Shown: one piece after another, positions 58,779 through 64,000 of the stretch | Layout of the letters: each line of letters starts with the position of its first letter | Position numbering within the stretch: position 1 is the stretch's first letter | Origin: Lama guanicoe | Taxonomy: Eukaryota | Assembly: GCA_013239625.1 (NCBI GenBank) | Contig: MU053448.1 | Coordinates: 186,001 to 250,000, forward strand | Direction: 5' to 3' | DNA length: 64,000 nt | Notes under the pieces: model-generated | What the model saw: only the letters and a program-made list of their open reading frames with translations | Told to the model about the DNA's origin: nothing | Databases searched by the model: none | Position numbers and translations under genes: made by a program

Positions 58779-59111
58779 TCTGGGGGCTTCGCACTTCTTA
58801 CTCGTGTCTCTGTGTCGGGGGCTTCTCTCCTGCCAGGCTTGCAGGAATTCCCAGCAGAGCATGTTGCTGGCTCTGGACCAAACTGCTCGGGCCCCCGGGG
58901 CGGAGGCGCTGCGGCGCGGGGAGGATGCTGGCGCCCTCCGCGCCATCTGGGGTCTTCGCACTTCTTACTCGTGTCTCTGTGTCGGGGGCTTCTCTCCTGC
59001 CAGGCTTGCAGGAATTCCCAGCAGAGCATGTTGCTGGCTCTGGACCAAACCGCTCGGGCCCCCGGGGCGGAGGCGCTGCGGCGCGGGGAGGATGCTGGCG
59101 CCCTCCGCGCC
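58779..59111 (+). repeat. Tandem duplication, 2 x 166 bp (period 167)
   Basis: 58779-58944 vs 58946-59111 differ at only two positions (58786 G/58953 T; 58884 T/59051 C). Confidence 0.95.
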
Positions 59112-59480
59112 CTCGCTGCGCGCCCGGCCGAGCCGCGCGTGACTAACGCTGTCTCCCCGTCTGTCTGTCCCCGTCTGTCCGTGTCTAGCTCTACCTGGTG
59201 CGCACCATGGCGGAGTCCTTGCGCTCCGCCGAGCTGCTCAGGCAGCTCAAGTCTGTGGGCGCGGAAAGGCTCTTGCATGTGGTTAACGCGTTTCTGAGGC
59301 AGTCCTACACCTATCCGCCTCTTTTAACCTTCGGTGGTAAGCTACTGTTTGTTTTTCTTGTTGACGTTTGCGGCACGACGTGAACCGCTCTGCTCCGAGT
59401 TCTTGGTCCCCAGCCGCAGCGACCCAGCCGCTCCGATGGGCGCCGCCCCGTGAGGAGGCGCGGTGGCCGCGGGGCAGCCC
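58860..59480. promoter_or_regulatory. Intragenic CpG island around exon 16a
   Basis: Dense CpGs and GGGGCGG boxes extending into the intronic sequence on both sides of exon 16a. Confidence 0.65.
59189..59336 (+). CDS. CYFIP1: CYFIP1 alternative exon 16a (148 nt): LYLVRTMAESLRSAELLRQLKSVGAERLLHVVNAFLRQSYTYPPLLTFG(E)
   Basis: Branch point GACTAAC (59141-59147), long pyrimidine tract, acceptor tctag|, donor G|gtaagc. No stop codons, same 0/1 phases as exon 16b, and clear peptide similarity to it. Confidence 0.85.
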
Positions 59481-59507
59481 CTCTCTGGTTGACCTGCGTT
59501 TGTGTAA

Positions 59508-59729
<222 letters not shown>

Positions 59730-60657
59730 TGACCAGCATCCGGCCTGGCATGTTCTAACACCACTAACACCGCCTAGAAAGCTTCCGCCTGCCTGGCCGT
59801 CCCCTGCTGCGGTCCCTTCCCGCGCCCAGGTGGTGACACGTGTAACCTGCGTGGCCTTCCCTCACCTGTTGCTTTAAATGCCCAGTGGGCCAGGGCTCCC
59901 TCTGTGTGGTGTGGCCCTTAGAAGGCTGAGGCCCCTGGGACCAGGGCTAGCTCGGTGACCTGGATGCAGTCTGAGTAATCCGCACTGGGTCAGCAACACA
60001 GGCCAATGTAACCGTCACCTGGCTGGCGACCCAGGCAGTAAATACCAGCAGCCGCCCCAGCTGCCGTGTGTGGAAGGTGGCAGGTGGCCCGACAGGACAG
60101 CCTGTCCGGGGATGACCGGGGCGCCCTTAGTCATCATGGAGTCGTCCACGTTTCTTTCTGTGCTGCAGCCGCGGGTTCAGAGACAGAGGACTCTGCCTTG
60201 GCTGCAGGCACTGCAGGTTAGAGCAATAGTAAGGCTTTTGTTTTCCACTTCACAGAAGGATGGAAACATTTGTTTTCCATCTGTCTCTGTTTTGCACTGA
60301 GACTGCATGTCATGCTGCATCTATATCCCAAGTGAAATTAAGTAATCCTGTTTTTATTTCTCCTTTTTAAAAAAGGACATTTTTTTTCCACCCAGTCCCG
60401 CCAGAAGGCGCGTGGTGTTGATGAGGTCCCATAGCTGGGCGCTGGTGTCAGGGCCGGACGCTGACTCTGCTCTGTGTGTGAGCGAGAATGGGCACGTCCG
60501 GATGGCTTTGCCCACGGGCACACGTTGTGCGAGGCGCTGGCGGCCATTCCCCGCTCGCTTCCGCTCCCCGGGCTCAGGGCTGAGAGCCTGGCCCTCCCCG
60601 TTGCATCACCGGGTGGAGTCTTTTCTGCTTGCGGAAGACTAACGTGGTGTCATCTGA

Positions 60658-60825
<168 letters not shown>

Positions 60826-61800
60826 TGAGCATCCCGGGGGCCCGTCCCAGCCTTGCGTTTGTGGTGGTCCAGGCCCTTGGTGGCACTGGGAGGTGGGGGA
60901 GGGCTGGCCGTACTGGGCACTCGTACTTGGTGGGGTAAGTCTTCCGAGATCAGTGCAGGGACCAGGGGTCTTGGCTACAGAATGAAGTCAGGTGCTCAGG
61001 CAGGAGCAGTGATGCAGGGGATTGAGTCCACGATGTCCTGGTGCTGGTGAGGCCTTAGGAACTTGGCAAGTGGAGAGGTGGCGTGGCCTCTGAACCACAT
61101 GAATTTGGGCGGGGAAGTGTTCACTAACCATTTTTGTTTAGAGTTTGGGGCCCAGGGTCCAGGCAAGGGGTCAGAGACCGAAAATCTGAAGTCCATGGAG
61201 GGAAAGTAATAGAAAAGTGCAATGTCGTGGGGCGGGCAGACTGGGGCCCAGGCCAGCGGTCCTCCTCCCAGTCTCCTTACCTGTGCTCGTCAGGAGGGTG
61301 GCCTTCCCTCTCTGCAGTGACCCTGGCATCTTCCAAAGCCTTAGAGGCCTTGTCAGCCTGTGTCGGACCCCTGGGGTCACGCTGGGCCCGCTGCTCATGT
61401 GCCTTGAACCCTCAGAGAGCCCTTACCTGTGCAGGGCTCCTGGGGGAGGGGAACTTTTGACCACACCAGCCATGCTTGGGGTCAGCTGTAGGGCCCAGGA
61501 CCTTCATATGTTTTTAAGTCAGATAGTTTGTTCTTAAAAATAAGAAAATGAGTCATTTTTGTGGTTATAAAAAATACTGCAAATTGGGGTGAGAGTCTTT
61601 GAAATGTGATAAGTGAGAAGATGGAGTCACAGGAGGCCCTGGTGGCCCCACCAGGTGCCCGCGGCCTGGCTCAGGCAGTGTGTCCTGCCGAGGGGAGGCC
61701 AGCCTGGTGGGGCCACCAGGAACCGAGTCTGGCGTTGGGAGTAAGAGACTGTTTTTCTTCACGAGAGGAAAACAGTGAAAATACATCTCGTGGGGGCTGA

Positions 61801-61953
<153 letters not shown>

Positions 61954-62269
61954 TAACAAACTTTTTTAGTTTCTTTTTCCCCTGAGTATTAGAGGGAGCA
62001 AACTGGCTTTATAATACAAGGACGTTTAGACAATGGAATGCACTTTTGACATAAACATTTCGGGGTGAAATCTGCACTTTTTTCTGGGCATCTGCACAGG
62101 ATGATGGGGGTCTTACAACCTCAGCTCCTGGGGGACGCCTTTTTCACGTGACACACACCCTAAGCACTGCGTATCCTTGCCTGTCTTCGATTGTGAACAC
62201 AGTCTAGAGCGGGGGCTCTGAACCAACCCCTAACCATCCCCTATTTTATTCCTCTTGTTTTAGCTTTTT

Positions 62270-62397
62270 AAATTGTTTCTATTGGAGGGGAGGAATTAGG
62301 TTTTAATTTATTTATCTTAAATGGAGGTACTGGGCATTGAACCCAGGACCTTGTACATGCTAGGCATGCACTTTACCACTGAGCTACACCCTCCCCC
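62270..62397 (-). mobile_element. Camelid SINE
   Basis: Family match; flanking ttttagcttttt repeat. Confidence 0.88.
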
Positions 62398-62582
62398 TTC
62401 CTTTTAGCTTTTTGTTTTTCCTTACTATAAATAATGCTTTGATGAACTTCCTTACCATGTAACATTTCAGTTGTGTTGGATTATTTCCTGAGGACACATT
62501 CCTATAAATGGAATTATTAAGTCTATGTACAGGCAGCAAAGGAGAGAAACCTTATTTTCTAGCTTAAGATATAAGAGAATTT

Positions 62583-62698
62583 GGGGGAGGGTGTAGCACA
62601 AATGATAGAGCACATGCCTAGCACGCACGAGGTCCTGGGTTCAATCCCCAGCACCTCCTCTAAGAGTAAATAAACCTGATTACCTGCCCCAATTTTGA
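62583..62698 (+). mobile_element. Camelid SINE
   Basis: Family match; 17-bp TSD aagatataagagaattt/aagatacaagagaattt. Confidence 0.9.
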
Positions 62699-63339
62699 AA
62701 GATACAAGAGAATTTAACCTCAACAGATTGCATTATTCAGCTGGGTCTCCTCCTTGACATCCTCACGGAGACCACAGGAAACGCTTCTTCGGGGAGATGT
62801 CACGGGCTCCCGAGTGAGGCAGGGTGGGCCAGGGGCAGAAACCCTTGGGGTCCTGGGGCAGCTCTCTTCGGAGCACACGGTGTCCTCATCACAGCTGGGG
62901 GGTACGAACCCCATTTATAAGTGAGGATGTGATTTTAAGGGTGGCGTCGCTGGACTGTGTCCACCAAGCATCTCCTGACCCAGCTTGGAGCCCAGAGCAG
63001 CTGGCGCTCCCCCCGGGGAGGCCGCGGGTGGCAGCTCCTGGGAAACGCAGCCTGGCACTGCCCCCGGGGCGGGGACCCCGAATATGTGCACACTAGCCCC
63101 ATGAAAGCAGTGTAGGATGAACAGAGACTTTCCCGTCTTCCTTTGTATGTGAGAGAATGGGAGCATGTTTCACCATCAGTAAGAAAGATTCTGATGTAAT
63201 TGTCAGTGGTGGTTTGGTGGCCACTCGTGGCCACACTGTGCGTGTTTAGTCTGCTGTTGGGCTGTAAGGTTGTTTCTTGTTTCTCTTTTCTCACAAGAGC
63301 CTTTGTTAGTTGCCATAACAGAAGGTTGGGGTTTTTTTG

Positions 63340-63832
63340 TGTTTTGGCTTTTGCTTTTTGCTTTTTTAAATTTACATTCCCAGAACTTCTTTATCTTATA
63401 ACTGGAAATTTATACCTTTTGCCTGCCCTTCACCCTTTTCTCCCATGCTCCACCTCTGGCACCCACCAGTCTGTTCTCCGAATTTACGAGTTTTGGGTTT
63501 TTTAAATTCCACAGGTGAGATCATGCAGCATTTGTCCTTCTCTGTCAGACTCCTTTCACTTAGTGTAATACTCTCAGGGTCCATCGACGTTGTCAAAAAT
63601 GGCAGGATTTCCTCCTCTTTTATGGCTGAGGAATATTAAATATGTGTGTGTGTATGTGTGTACACATACCACTGATTCTTCATCCATTTATCCATCAGTG
63701 GCCACTTAAGTGGTTTCCATATTCTTGGCTGTTGTGAATAACTGCAGTGAACACTGGGGTACAGATACCATTTTGAGTTAGTGTTTCCGTTTCCTTTGGA
63801 TAAATACCTAGAAAGTGGCACAGCTGGATCAA
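63340..63832 (-). mobile_element. L1 3' fragment ending just upstream of exon 19
   Basis: Peptide PRIWKPLKWPLMDKWMK resembles the L1 ORF2 C-terminus. Confidence 0.8.
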
Positions 63833-63841
63833 AAGAGTTAA

Positions 63842-63946
<105 letters not shown>

Positions 63947-64000
63947 TGAGTCTGTGGTGTAAGATCTTGGGCGATTTGATCTGACATTTCCATTAAAATT

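Noticed and set aside
58488..59297. 269-aa ORF and overlapping ORFs with internal repeats
   Set aside because: By-product of the GC-rich tandem duplication; out of frame with exon 16a and without recognisable protein features.
59189..59336. Exon 16a as a dead duplicate or pseudogene fragment
   Set aside because: It has an open frame, preserved phase and strong splice signals despite deep divergence from 16b.

Overview
This is mammalian genomic DNA. The tRNA-derived SINE family (11 copies) points to a camelid. The window holds the 5' part of CYFIP1 (Sra1, WAVE regulatory complex subunit) on the + strand. It opens with a CpG island (1-~1180), followed by ~29 kb of repeat-rich intron 1 and 18 GT-AG coding exons (human-style exons 2-19, 30050-63945). 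These splice into one open frame of 2159 nt (codons 1-720); the gene continues past the window. No prokaryotic-type features, CRISPR arrays or true RNA genes were seen. Most notable: (1) a homologous, frame-enforced mutually exclusive exon pair (59189-59336 and 59562-59715), the first exon lying in an intragenic CpG island behind a near-perfect 167-bp tandem duplication; (2) an L1 3' transduction inside a Tigger element; (3) an old L1 segment apparently rewritten AT->GC into a CpG-rich patch; (4) a tailless internal L1 fragment with TSDs; (5) a possible exon-intron duplex over codon K320, the position that is A-to-I recoded in the paralog CYFIP2. Repeat family names and comparisons to human/mouse proteins are from recall, not database searches.
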